Positions 1 through 9,444 of a stretch of 64,000 nt of DNA are shown in pieces. This DNA is from Patescibacteria group bacterium (lineage in GTDB: Bacteria; Patescibacteriota; Patescibacteriia; UBA1558; GWA2-36-10). The notes under the pieces are model-generated. The model searched no databases and was not told the origin of the DNA. It saw only the letters and a list, made by a program, of their open reading frames with translations. The translations under genes and the position numbers were made by a program. The stretch's first letter is position 1; every line of letters starts with the position of its first letter. Location of the stretch: positions 226,097 to 290,096 of the forward strand of contig JAHJQF010000001.1 of NCBI GenBank assembly GCA_018819405.1, given 5' to 3'.

Positions 1-1
1 T

Positions 2-985
2 GTTTACAGACAAGATAGTAAAATAACTTTGAACAATTCTTCGGACTCTGTCCGTTTGATAAGGCCGGACGGAAAAATTTGGCAGGAAGTAATGTATGAA
101 AAAATACCGGAAGATAAAACTTATGCCTGGGACATGGAAAACAGCGAATGGTTTGTAGCTAGCCCCACACCAGCTAGTCCAAACTTAAATATCCCAGAAC
201 CGGAAATAATGTACCAGGTTTTGGAAATAAAAAATTTGGAAAAAAATAATGATGTTTTGATACAGGGTGTGGTATTAAATAAGGCGGATAAAAATACGCG
301 CAGTGTTTATCTGGCAGATTTTGACGGAGAAAAAATTAATTTTGCTGAGCTTGTAGAAATTTATAATTATTATAAAGACTGGCCAGCCTTATCAGCTGGT
401 CAAGTGGCTACACTAAGAGGACAAATATCCAATCTTGATGATTTGCCACGGATAAAAATAAAATCAGCTGATCAGATCTGGTCCAATGATCAAAAAATAA
501 ACTTTAAAAAACCAGAGCCAATTAGTACAGATGATTTGGACAGTGATTTTTTGGGTAGTTTTGTCAGCGTCAAAGGAATAGTGGTCAAAAAAAGTGGTAA
601 AAATATTTATTTGTCAACAGAAGAAGGTGGCGAGTCAAACATCAGAGTATATACTACTTTTTCTCTAGCGGATTTGGAAATAAAAAAAGGCAGTGAAGTA
701 ATAGCCTCGGGGATATTGTCAGAAACAGACAGTGGTTTTAAGATGACGCCTTTTACTATTGACGATATTTTGGTATCGCAAGAGGTCTTGGGAGAAAAAA
801 TATCCGAGAGTGTAGACGAAGAAATGAGAATTGTCAGCTCGACAAATCAGGCGGTAGTTGATAATAGAGGCAAGAGTGTAAAAAATATTTTATTTTTATT
901 AATAGTAGCTATTTTTATTTTGGGTTTGATAGCTTTTGTCAAAAAGAAAAGAGCGTCCGGTCTGACCGAACGCTCTCACACGTAG
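2..985 (+). CDS. hypothetical protein with C-terminal hydrophobic membrane anchor followed by KKKR; frame is open to window start so may be 5'-truncated
   Basis: ORF 29..985 starts with TTG; no in-frame stop upstream back to position 2; C-terminus ILFLLIVAIFILGLIAFVKKKR looks like a TM anchor. Confidence 0.45.
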   Translation, partial: VYRQDSKITLNNSSDSVRLIRPDGKIWQEVMYEKIPEDKTYAWDMENSEWFVASPTPASPNLNIPEPEIMYQVLEIKNLEKNNDVLIQGVVLNKADKNTRSVYLADFDGEKINFAELVEIYNYYKDWPALSAGQVATLRGQISNLDDLPRIKIKSADQIWSNDQKINFKKPEPISTDDLDSDFLGSFVSVKGIVVKKSGKNIYLSTEEGGESNIRVYTTFSLADLEIKKGSEVIASGILSETDSGFKMTPFTIDDILVSQEVLGEKISESVDEEMRIVSSTNQAVVDNRGKSVKNILFLLIVAIFILGLIAFVKKKRASGLTERSHT

Positions 986-1542
986 CCTTTGAATTTGGAA
1001 AAGACAAAGGCTAGAGTGTCCCAGAAAAGAAAGAGCCAGAAATTGTCCAGCCTTTTTTGTGATCCGTTTCCATAGGCGGATCGGGCTTTGACAACAGCGA
1101 AACTGTAGTCGCTGTTTTTCCAACGTTTCTTGAAAGTGGCTTTGACACGACGGGCGTGCCAGGGGTGGGCAACAACCACGGCTGTTTGCCAGTCGTGAGC
1201 TTGCATGTGCTTGAGAGATTCTGAAGCGTTGAACCAAGTACGGTCAGCAATTTCATCTAGGAAAACGTTACCAGTAGGCACACCTTTTTCCAGAATGACG
1301 GCTATAGCTCTGGCTTCACTGAGCCCCTTGAAGTGGTAGCCTCCTGAAACAAGGATGTTGCGGCCGTAGCCTTGGGAAAAAAGTTCACGACCTTTGTAGG
1401 CCACTTCTCTGGATGAGGGGCTGGCACTGTAGCCGTCTTTGAATACATCGATTCCGATGCAGATGATTACATCGGCCGGTGTAGGGGGTAGTACGTCGTC
1501 GGTAACAGCAAAACGTCTTTCAAACCACTTCCAGAATTTCAT
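976..1542 (-). CDS. YdcF/SanA (DUF218) family protein; high-GC islet
   Basis: ILVSGG...GLSEARAIAVIL..GVP...FLDEIADRTWFNASES matches DUF218 motifs; AGGAGG SD 9 nt upstream of ATG at 1540-1542; local GC well above backbone. Confidence 0.6.
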   Translation of the reverse strand: MKFWKWFERRFAVTDDVLPPTPADVIICIGIDVFKDGYSASPSSREVAYKGRELFSQGYGRNILVSGGYHFKGLSEARAIAVILEKGVPTGNVFLDEIADRTWFNASESLKHMQAHDWQTAVVVAHPWHARRVKATFKKRWKNSDYSFAVVKARSAYGNGSQKRLDNFWLFLFWDTLAFVFSKFKGYV

Positions 1543-1804
1543 GTCTTTCACCTCCTTTCGAGGTCTGGGAAAATATCAAATAGCGAACTGCTTATACTAA
1601 ATCAAAATATTTAATAAGTCAACTAGTTTGACAAAAAAGCCAATAACTTTTAATATGAAAATATGAGTAATTATTTAATGCACAATTTAGCTTGGTGGAA
1701 AGATTTTAGAAGCTGGCGTATCAGTTGATTTTTTGTGTATTTAAAAAGTTTTTGATATCGTCGGTTTCACAGGCGATTTTTTTATTAATTTAAATTATAA
1801 TAAT

Positions 1805-3004
1805 ATGAATAAAAAATATGATATTAATCCCGATAAAAATGGGTATTTTGGCGAGTATGGTGGTCAGATAATTCCTCCAGAGCTTAAGCCAATTTTTGAT
1901 GAAATAGCTGATTTTTATTTAAAGATAAAAGATGAAAAAGATTTTCAGGATGAATTAAAATATCTTTTAAAAAATTATGTGGGTCGTCCTAGCCCAATTT
2001 ACTATGCTAAAAATCTGACTAAAAAAATAGGTGGCGCCCAAATTTACTTTAAAAGAGAAGATCTCAATCACACTGGTGCGCACAAGATAAATCATACTTT
2101 GGGAGAGGCGCTCATTGCCAAACGCATGGGCAAGAAAAAACTATTAGCCGAGACTGGAGCTGGCCAGCATGGAGTGGCACTAGCCACTGCCGCGGCAGTG
2201 CTTGGTATTCCTTGTGAAATACATATGGGGGAAATTGATATTGCCAAACAAGCTCCCAATGTAATCCGAATGAAAATTTTGGGAGCAAAAGTTGTGCCAG
2301 TTAAGATGGGCACCAAGACACTCAAAGATGCAGTAGACAGCGCTTTTAATGAATTTGTTAAAGATCCACAAAATACATTTTTTGGTATTGGTTCGGTAGT
2401 AGGTCCTCATCCTTTTCCAATGATGGTCAGAGATTTTCAGAGAATAGTAGGAGAGGAAGCCAAAGAACAATTTCAAGATTTAGTCGGCAAGGATCCCGAT
2501 GCTCTGGTTGCTTGCGTGGGAGGAGGTAGTAATGCTATTGGTCTTTTTTCGGCCTATCTAGAAGATGAAAAAATTGATATTTATGGAGTAGAGCCAAGCG
2601 GTCGCTCTCTCAATCCTGGCGATCATGCTGCTACCTTGACTCTGGGCAAGCCGGGAAATATCCATGGCATGTATACTTATTTGCTTCAAGATAAAAAAAG
2701 ACAACCAGAGCCAGTTTACTCAATTGCTTCGGGACTTGATTATCCCGGTGTTGGTCCACAACATAGTTTTTTGAAAGATATCAAAAGGATAAAATATGAA
2801 TTGGCTAGTGATAAAGAATGTCTAGATTCTTTTATGGAGCTGTCAAAATTAGAAGGAATTATTCCGGCTCTAGAAAGCGCTCACGCCGTGGCTTTTGCCA
2901 GGAAGCTGTCCAAGCAGCTAGGTAAAGGAAAAAATATTTTGGTTAATCTTTCTGGTCGGGGAGATAAAGATATAGATTTTGTAGTTAAAAAGTTGGGCAT
3001 TTAA
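1805..3004 (+). CDS. trpB: tryptophan synthase beta chain-like PLP-dependent enzyme (TrpB2 type)
   Basis: [34 protein letters not shown]-terminal GRGDKD; TrpB family signatures. Confidence 0.8.
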   Translation: MNKKYDINPDKNGYFGEYGGQIIPPELKPIFDEIADFYLKIKDEKDFQDELKYLLKNYVGRPSPIYYAKNLTKKIGGAQIYFKREDLNHTGAHKINHTLGEALIAKRMGKKKLLAETGAGQHGVALATAAAVLGIPCEIHMGEIDIAKQAPNVIRMKILGAKVVPVKMGTKTLKDAVDSAFNEFVKDPQNTFFGIGSVVGPHPFPMMVRDFQRIVGEEAKEQFQDLVGKDPDALVACVGGGSNAIGLFSAYLEDEKIDIYGVEPSGRSLNPGDHAATLTLGKPGNIHGMYTYLLQDKKRQPEPVYSIASGLDYPGVGPQHSFLKDIKRIKYELASDKECLDSFMELSKLEGIIPALESAHAVAFARKLSKQLGKGKNILVNLSGRGDKDIDFVVKKLGI

Positions 3005-3022
3005 TTTTTGAATAAAAAATAT

Positions 3023-3062
3023 AGGATAGTAGAATTGCTATTGAGCAACTCTACTATCCTAG
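3023..3062. terminator. bidirectional hairpin between convergent genes
   Basis: aggatagtagaattgc...gcaactctactatcct near-perfect 16-bp inverted repeat. Confidence 0.5.
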
Positions 3063-3070
3063 CAGCTTGG

Positions 3071-3616
3071 CTACTGGTAGTAGCCGACGACGGTCATGTT
3101 GTTGATGAAGTTGGTGTTCTCGACCATCTTGGCGATGGTCAAGCCTAGACTGACGTGCATGTAGTGGTAATTTTTCGAACGAGCCTCGTCAGCATCGTTT
3201 AGCATCCAACAGTTGCTGGTGCTAATCCAGCAGTTGTTTTCTCCGAAGCAAATAGTTTCCCATTTGCGTCCCAAGTCGTCGATAATGCTACGCAGCTCCC
3301 TGGCCACCGCCTGGTTGATGTTGCAGTTCACGTAGAACTGCAGGTAGGCGTCGGTGTTGGTGAAGGCAAACCAGGTGAAGGAGTGTTGCTCTCCGCCGGG
3401 GTCGGTCAGTGTACCAGTGCCGTAGCCGAAGCGGGCGGCAAAGGCCTGCGAGAAGTCCTCGCCGTAACGGCCGAGGAACCAGTCTTCGCATTCGCTGATG
3501 AAATTTTCATCGGGCAGGTTGCTCAGCTTGGGCTGGCCAGGTTGTCCTGACTGAGCTAGGGTCGGCAGGGCGGTCAGCAGTAAGCAGACGACAGTGATGA
3601 AAAAGAGCGACTTCAT
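3071..3616 (-). CDS. secreted Cys-rich hypothetical protein; high-GC islet (~60% GC)
   Basis: Signal peptide MKSLFFITVVCLLLTALPTLAQS; AGGAGG SD 8 nt upstream of ATG; GC composition sharply above flanks. Confidence 0.5.
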   Translation of the reverse strand: MKSLFFITVVCLLLTALPTLAQSGQPGQPKLSNLPDENFISECEDWFLGRYGEDFSQAFAARFGYGTGTLTDPGGEQHSFTWFAFTNTDAYLQFYVNCNINQAVARELRSIIDDLGRKWETICFGENNCWISTSNCWMLNDADEARSKNYHYMHVSLGLTIAKMVENTNFINNMTVVGYYQ

Positions 3617-3792
3617 TGGACATTTCCTCCTGAGAGAGTGGACAGTGACACGGGGGAAATCAGAAAAATATATCATAGTATTATATCACAAAATAACTAA
3701 ATTATCAATATTATAATGATATAAAATTATTGACTAAATAGATATATTATTGTAAAATCAGCTTTGTTATTATTATATAATTTATTTTTTGT

Positions 3793-3879
3793 GCCGGGGT
3801 GGTGGAATTGGTAGACACGCTAGCCTTAGGAGCTAGTATCCGAAAGGGTGTGGAGGTTCGAGTCCTCTCCCCGGTACCA
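3793..3879 (+). tRNA. tRNA-Leu (anticodon TAG), long variable arm
   Basis: Cloverleaf: acceptor gccgggg/ccccggt, anticodon stem ctagc/gctag with loop cttagga, T-loop GGTTCGAGTCC, CCA. Confidence 0.8.
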
Positions 3880-3891
3880 TATTGAAATATT

Positions 3892-3968
3892 GGGTGTGTA
3901 GCTCAGCTGGTTAGAGCGCTACATTGACATTGTAGAGGTCAGAGGTTCGAGTCCTCTCATACCCACCA
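3892..3968 (+). tRNA. tRNA-Val (anticodon GAC)
   Basis: Anticodon stem ctaca/tgtag, loop ttgacat; T-loop GGTTCGAGTCC; CCA end. Confidence 0.8.
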
Positions 3969-4404
3969 TTCGACTCCGTTCTACTTTGCAGAACTTCGCT
4001 TATGGTCTTCGACCATAATAATGCATAGAAAAAGCCAAGGTCAAATGCTCCGATCGTAGTTGGGGGATTATATATAGCAGATATTAGGCAGTCTGTTTTT
4101 TGTTTACAAAAAGAAAAGCTCCAGCCAGTAAATGACATTCCCTGGCTAGAGCTCTTTGTCTCGAAGAGATTTGCTATTTCCCTGTTAGGTCACCCCTTCA
4201 TCTGATACCCCGCTCCTTTTTTATAATCAAGCGCACCATTGCGCTTTGAATCTATATTTTGGATTGGTGTTGTGGATTGTACGCTTATATTTTTAGTATA
4301 GCATAATATATAATTATTTTGTTATTTTGTAAAGGGCTCTTTCTTTACAAACATCCTTATAAATCATATAATATAAGTACTTTTAATAGCTTAAAAATAA
4401 AAAG

Positions 4405-4848
4405 ATGCTAAAAAAGAAAAATAAAAAAGAAGTGGAAATTTTGGAAAACCAGGAGCTTGAAGAGGACGATGCTGATTTTGAAGATGTGGAAGATGTTTAT
4501 GATGATGAGTTGGAGGAAGAAGGACAGCTTTCAGTAGATGTCTATCAAGATAGAAATAATATTTACATCAAATCTACAATTGCTGGTGTGGAGCCAGAAG
4601 ACATAGATATTTCTTTTGACAGTGATATGATCACTATCCGTGGGCAAAGGAGAAAGGATAAGACTATTCACGAGCAGGACTATTTTTATCAAGAATGTTA
4701 TTGGGGTAATTTTTCTCGTTCTATTATATTGCCAGTTGATGTTCAGGAAGACAAGATAGAAGCTACAATTAGAAACGGTGTACTGACTATCACCTTACCT
4801 AAAACCAAAGGTAAAGATATAAACATAAAAGTAAAAGACGAAAATTAA
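4405..4848 (+). CDS. Hsp20/alpha-crystallin family small heat shock protein
   Basis: SVDVYQD..IYIKSTIAGVEPEDIDISFD..ITIRGQRR..GVLTITLPK alpha-crystallin domain. Confidence 0.85.
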   Translation: MLKKKNKKEVEILENQELEEDDADFEDVEDVYDDELEEEGQLSVDVYQDRNNIYIKSTIAGVEPEDIDISFDSDMITIRGQRRKDKTIHEQDYFYQECYWGNFSRSIILPVDVQEDKIEATIRNGVLTITLPKTKGKDINIKVKDEN

Positions 4849-4849
4849 A

Positions 4850-5062
4850 ATGTTGGACAATAAAAAAGTATTTTTTGATCATCAGGATAAGGGCAAAAAT
4901 TTTTTTAGGACAGAATCTGGTCAGGAGATATCTATTGATGCCGCACTTTTTTTCAAAGACTTAAAACAAGGTCAGGAATATTTTTTGTCTTTTAGTGAAA
5001 ATAATTTAGCAGATCAAGAAAGTAAAAAGATTTTGAATGATCTTTTAAATGAAGATGAATAA
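4850..5062 (+). CDS. small hypothetical protein immediately downstream of hsp20
   Basis: 70-aa ORF, 1 nt after hsp20 stop, same strand. Confidence 0.35.
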   Translation: MLDNKKVFFDHQDKGKNFFRTESGQEISIDAALFFKDLKQGQEYFLSFSENNLADQESKKILNDLLNEDE

Positions 5063-5067
5063 TTATT

Positions 5068-6930
5068 ATGGAAAAAAAATTTTTTGATAAACAATCCATC
5101 GTCGCAAAAAAATGGTTATGGATTCCCGTAGCTATTTTTATAATTCTAGTTGGTGGAACTTTTGGAGCCTATGCTTATGTGGAAAATAGCTACCAAGGCA
5201 AGATATTAAAAGGTATATCAGTGGCCGGAGTAGATATTGGTGGTATTACTGTAGATGAAGCCAGAGCCAAGCTGGATAAAAGAATTGATTTTGTAAATAG
5301 CCGTGGCTTTGTTTATAAAGCAAATAATAAAGAAGTGACCATATATCCAAATATTGCAGCTATAGATGGAGCCGACAGTTTAGCTTGGCTGGTATCTTGG
5401 GATGTAGAAAAAACTCTCTTGGAAGTGACTAGTTTCCAAAATGATAAAAGCTTTGGTAACTTTTTTAATAAATTGGCAACCTTGACCAAGGGGCGAGACT
5501 TTCCTATTTATTACAAATGGGATAAGGAGCAAAATCAACAGATACTAGAAAATAGTTTTAAAGAATTACTTTTAGAAAAGAAAGAAGCCAGTTATTTTTT
5601 TGAGGAAGATGGTAGTTTAGGTATTACTCAAGAAAGCATTGGACAAACTTTTGATTATCAGCTAGCTCTAGCAGAGACCAAGGATCAGATACAACAGCTG
5701 ATGAGTAGTCAGATAGACCTTTTGGTGATAGCCGATAAGCCAGCTATTAGCAAAGAGGTGCTTGAAAGATACAAGGATAAAGTAGCCAGCACTTCTAAAC
5801 GAGGAGATTTTTATTTGACTTATGAAGAAAGAGATTGGAATATACCAAATGATATTTGGCGCCAGTGGTTAAGATTAAAACAAGGAGCTAATGATTTTTA
5901 TGTTGGACTGGATAATAATCTTTTTGCTGAATATATAAAAGAAGTTGGTATGAAGGATGAAATAGAAATACCGGTGCAAGATGCAAAGTTTAAGTTGGTA
6001 GATGGTAAGGTAGCAGAGTTTGTCAGCAGTCAAGATGGTCTGACCATAAACTTAGAGGATACTCTAAAATCAATGGAAGGGACTTTGAATAATCCGGGAG
6101 AACTAGAGGTGCCATTTGTGGTAGAGGTAGCCGAATCAAAAGTGGATAATCAAGATGTTAATGATTTGGGAATCGTAGAGATTATCGGCATTGGCGAATC
6201 TGATTTTAGTGGTAGTCCTGTCAATCGTATTCATAATATTAGAGTAGGAGCTGATACTTTGAACGGTATGCTTATAAAACCAGATGAGGAGTTTTCTCTC
6301 ATTACTGCTTTGGGAGAAATTGATGGTGAACATGGTTATAGGCAGGAGCTAGTTATAAAAGGTAATCAAACTATTCCTGAATACGGTGGAGGTCTTTGTC
6401 AAATTGGGACAACCGTTTTTCGAGCAGCTTTAGGTACTGGTTTGCCAATCACCGAAAGAAGAAATCATTCATATCGGGTTTCTTATTATGAGCCAGCAGG
6501 AACTGACGCTACTATCTATAGTCCTTGGCCTGACTTTAAATTTAAAAATGATACAGGCAAACATATTTTAATTCAAACTAGGATAGAGGGTACTAAACTT
6601 TATTTTGATTTTTGGGGAACAGAAGATGGTCGTGTAGCTATTGCTACCGAGCCGGAGATATACAATATAGTAGCTCCACCAGAAAAGAAAATAATAAAAA
6701 CTACTGACCTGGAGCCGGGGCAGACAAAGTGTACAGAAAGGGCTCATTATGGCGCTGACGCCAAATTTAATTATAGTGTCCAGTATCCAGAGCAACCAGA
6801 GCCGGTAGAAACTACTTTTTATAGTCACTATATACCTTGGCAAGAAGTCTGTTTACTCGGGGTGACTGAAGAAGAGCTTTTGGCCGAGCAGCAAGAAAAT
6901 CAGACAGCTACCAGTACTCCAGCTGAATAA
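5068..6930 (+). CDS. VanW family protein (N-terminal TM plus VanW domain)
   Basis: EYGGGLCQIGTTVFRAALGTGLPITERRNHSY VanW core; N-terminal TM helix. Confidence 0.75.
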   Translation: MEKKFFDKQSIVAKKWLWIPVAIFIILVGGTFGAYAYVENSYQGKILKGISVAGVDIGGITVDEARAKLDKRIDFVNSRGFVYKANNKEVTIYPNIAAIDGADSLAWLVSWDVEKTLLEVTSFQNDKSFGNFFNKLATLTKGRDFPIYYKWDKEQNQQILENSFKELLLEKKEASYFFEEDGSLGITQESIGQTFDYQLALAETKDQIQQLMSSQIDLLVIADKPAISKEVLERYKDKVASTSKRGDFYLTYEERDWNIPNDIWRQWLRLKQGANDFYVGLDNNLFAEYIKEVGMKDEIEIPVQDAKFKLVDGKVAEFVSSQDGLTINLEDTLKSMEGTLNNPGELEVPFVVEVAESKVDNQDVNDLGIVEIIGIGESDFSGSPVNRIHNIRVGADTLNGMLIKPDEEFSLITALGEIDGEHGYRQELVIKGNQTIPEYGGGLCQIGTTVFRAALGTGLPITERRNHSYRVSYYEPAGTDATIYSPWPDFKFKNDTGKHILIQTRIEGTKLYFDFWGTEDGRVAIATEPEIYNIVAPPEKKIIKTTDLEPGQTKCTERAHYGADAKFNYSVQYPEQPEPVETTFYSHYIPWQEVCLLGVTEEELLAEQQENQTATSTPAE

Positions 6931-7188
6931 CAATTTTGAAATTATTGCAAACTAAAACCCTGCACCGTATGGTGCAGGGTTAATTTTCTTTATATTTTTA
7001 TGATCTTTATTTCCAGACAACTGTGCCCAAGAAAATCATCTCTGGAAAAAATTGAGCCAGAGCCAAATTTAATCTTAGAGATGATCCCCATGCTTGTCGT
7101 GGACACAGTTGCCTGAAAACACAGATTTTTACTGACCAAAATAATTTACTGACTCTGTAACATGGAATAATAGCACATTTATTTATCT

Positions 7189-7218
7189 TTGTCAAGCCGG
7201 TTAAAATATGCTATAATA
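7189..7218 (+). promoter_or_regulatory. sigma70-like promoter P1 upstream of rpmF (TTGTCA-18-TATAAT)
   Basis: Hexamers and spacing read directly. Confidence 0.5.
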
Positions 7219-7255
7219 AAAGCAGTTTTTTGAAATTTGCCCTGATATTTATTTC

Positions 7256-7284
7256 TTGACTAGAGTAGATTTTTGGGCTATTAT
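7256..7284 (+). promoter_or_regulatory. sigma70-like promoter P2 upstream of rpmF (TTGACT-17-TATTAT)
   Basis: Hexamers and spacing read directly. Confidence 0.5.
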
Positions 7285-7312
7285 CATAGACATTAATTTT
7301 TATAAAACATTT

Positions 7313-7510
7313 ATGAGTACACCAACAAAGAAAAGGACAAAATCTCAAGGCGGACAAAGAGCATCACATTTCGCACTAACCAAAAAAATTACTACAAAGT
7401 GTAGCAACTGTGGTCAAAGCATTATGCCTCACCGTGCTTGCCCCAAATGCGGATATTATAAAGGAACAAAAAAAGTAGCTGCCAAAGGCAGAGGAAACAA
7501 ACAAAAATAA
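7313..7510 (+). CDS. rpmF: 50S ribosomal protein L32
   Basis: MSTPTKKRTKSQGGQRASHFAL...CSNCGQSIMPHRACPKCGYYKG; L32 zinc-ribbon; internal Met chosen as start. Confidence 0.85.
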   Translation: MSTPTKKRTKSQGGQRASHFALTKKITTKCSNCGQSIMPHRACPKCGYYKGTKKVAAKGRGNKQK

Positions 7511-7511
7511 A

Positions 7512-8375
7512 ATGGCTAATAGACACTTAGCTCGAACAATTGCTCTTCAAACGCTCTTTCAGTGGGATTTTCTAAAAGGAAAAAAAGACCAGAAAGAGAT
7601 TTTGGAGTATATAAAAAAAGAATTCGCTCCTGATTTTGATGATCAGGGCTTTTCTTTTGAATTGGTAAATGGCATTGTCAAAAATCAAAAAAAGATTGAT
7701 GGCCTAATAGCCCAATTTGCTCCTGAATGGCCAATAGATCAAATCACAATGACAGACAGAAATGTTTTGCGTATTGGTGTTTTTGAATTAAAACTCAAAG
7801 AAGATATACCACCTAAAGTAGCAATCAATGAAGCAATTGAGCTGGCCAAAGCTTTTGGCGGTGACTCAAGTGGTAAATTCGTAAACGGAGTTTTGGGCAG
7901 TATTTACAAAGAAATGGTCAAAAATGGGGAAAAGCAAGATTTGCCCAGCCAAGGTATAAAAGAAGTATCAGCCGGCGGTATGATTTATCGTCAGACAGAC
8001 GATGGTTATTATTTTGTGCTTATCATGGATGCCTATGGCAAATGGACATTCCCCAAAGGCGGTATTGAGCCAGGGGAAAATGAAGAAGAGGCAGCACTAC
8101 GTGAATTGTCTGAAGAAACAGGCTTACAAAATCTAGATAGTAATGGCTATTTGGGTGAAACAGAAGTAAAAGTGCATAAGCCAAATGAAAAACCATATCG
8201 CAAACTCATTAAATATTATTTAGTTGAGACCAAAGACACAGAAATTGTCGTGCCTAAAGTAAGCGAGCTCAAAGATGTAAAATGGTTCCCTTTGTCAGAA
8301 GCATTAGATAGGATAGACTATGAAAATGCCAAAGATATTTTTAATAAAGGTTTGGAAAAAATCGGTTTAAAGTAA
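7512..8375 (+). CDS. nusB: NusB antitermination factor fused to a C-terminal NUDIX hydrolase domain
   Basis: N-terminal ~140 aa are NusB-like (ARTIALQTLFQWDF...DRNVLRIGVFEL...AINEAIELAKAFGG); C-terminal has Nudix box GGIEPGENEEEAALRELSEETGL. Confidence 0.8.
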   Translation: MANRHLARTIALQTLFQWDFLKGKKDQKEILEYIKKEFAPDFDDQGFSFELVNGIVKNQKKIDGLIAQFAPEWPIDQITMTDRNVLRIGVFELKLKEDIPPKVAINEAIELAKAFGGDSSGKFVNGVLGSIYKEMVKNGEKQDLPSQGIKEVSAGGMIYRQTDDGYYFVLIMDAYGKWTFPKGGIEPGENEEEAALRELSEETGLQNLDSNGYLGETEVKVHKPNEKPYRKLIKYYLVETKDTEIVVPKVSELKDVKWFPLSEALDRIDYENAKDIFNKGLEKIGLK

Positions 8376-8379
8376 AAAC

Positions 8380-9072
8380 ATGGAAAAAAATTTATCCGTT
8401 TTGGAAACAAAATTAGACGTAAAATTTAAAGATATTAATTTTTTGAAATCAGCCCTGGTACACAGGTCTTATTTAAATGAGCACAAAAATTTTGGACTTG
8501 ATCACAATGAAAGGTTAGAATTCTTGGGAGATGCGGTTTTGGAGTTGGTAGTAACTGATTATTTATACAACAATTATAGTGAGGCAGAAGGCATATTGAC
8601 CAACTGGCGTTCCTCTTTGGTAAATGGTGATAGGTTGTCTAGTATTTCTGAAGAGCTTGGCGTCCATAGATTTATGTATCTCTCCAAAGGCGAGTCTCAG
8701 GATACCAATAAAAAAGCTAGGCAATATATATTGGCCAATGCCTTTGAGGCTATAGTAGGGGCTATATATTTGGATCGGGGGTATAAAACAGCTGATAAAT
8801 TTATAAAAAAATATTTATTATCACAACTGTCAAAAATTATAAAAGATAAAGAATATATTGATCCCAAAACTAGATTTCAGGAAAAGGCTCAGGAGCAGCA
8901 GGGCGTCACTCCGCATTATCGTGTTATTTCAGAATCCGGACCAGATCATAATAAAAAGTTTGTAGTAGGAGTATATCTAGAAAAAACACTGGTTGCCAAG
9001 GGCGAGGGTTATAGTAAACAAGAGGCTCAAACCACCGCCGCTACAGCGGCCATAAAAAAGAAAAAATGGTAG
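8380..9072 (+). CDS. rnc: ribonuclease III
   Basis: ERLEFLGDAVLELVV RNase III signature; C-terminal dsRBD. Confidence 0.9.
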   Translation: MEKNLSVLETKLDVKFKDINFLKSALVHRSYLNEHKNFGLDHNERLEFLGDAVLELVVTDYLYNNYSEAEGILTNWRSSLVNGDRLSSISEELGVHRFMYLSKGESQDTNKKARQYILANAFEAIVGAIYLDRGYKTADKFIKKYLLSQLSKIIKDKEYIDPKTRFQEKAQEQQGVTPHYRVISESGPDHNKKFVVGVYLEKTLVAKGEGYSKQEAQTTAATAAIKKKKW

Positions 9073-9078
9073 AAACAG

Positions 9079-9103
9079 AGCCCCTGAGCACAGGGGCTTT
9101 TTA
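9079..9103 (+). terminator. rho-independent terminator after rnc
   Basis: agcccctg-agca-caggggct followed by TTTTT. Confidence 0.7.
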
Positions 9104-9124
9104 ATATTTCTATTTTTTGCTATT

Positions 9125-9330
9125 ATTAATATATAATAGATCTTCTCCACAACCGTTGTCAGGATAGGCCTGCAAAACTGAGTCGCTTTGCGGCCTAAGG
9201 ACACCTCCAATCTCACAATCCCCCCCCATCGTCCTACAACGGTTTCTGGTCCTCGGACCTCTCTCGACTGGGTGTTTTTGGCGAAAACATCTAATAATCG
9301 GGAGAGGTCGGGGACCTTTCTTTTTTCTTA
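9125..9330. ncRNA. candidate structured ncRNA (two long GC-rich hairpins) between rnc and smc; identity unresolved (6S/SRP-like size)
   Basis: ~200 nt at ~55% GC in AT-rich intergenic region; hairpin aaccgttgtcagga...tcctacaacggtt and hairpin ggtcctcggacctctctc...gggagaggtcggggacc; spurious ORFs only. Confidence 0.4.
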
Positions 9331-9444
9331 CATCAAATAGCAATAATATTGTTTCCACTTTGCGCTATTTGACGGGGCGAATTTAAAAAAAACAAAATAT
9401 ATGCTAAAATAATAGCGCTAATTCAAGCGTTTTTATTTTATTGT

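Noticed and set aside
3911-4138. ORF 3911-4138(-)
   Set aside because: Overlaps tRNA-Val(GAC) and its downstream hairpin; no SD; spurious.
9125-9330. tmRNA or RNase P RNA identity for the GC-rich hairpin region
   Set aside because: No tRNA-like 3' end (GGTTCGANTCC...CCA), no tag-peptide reading frame, too short for RNase P and lacking P4 GGAAAGUCCGGGCUCC-type consensus.
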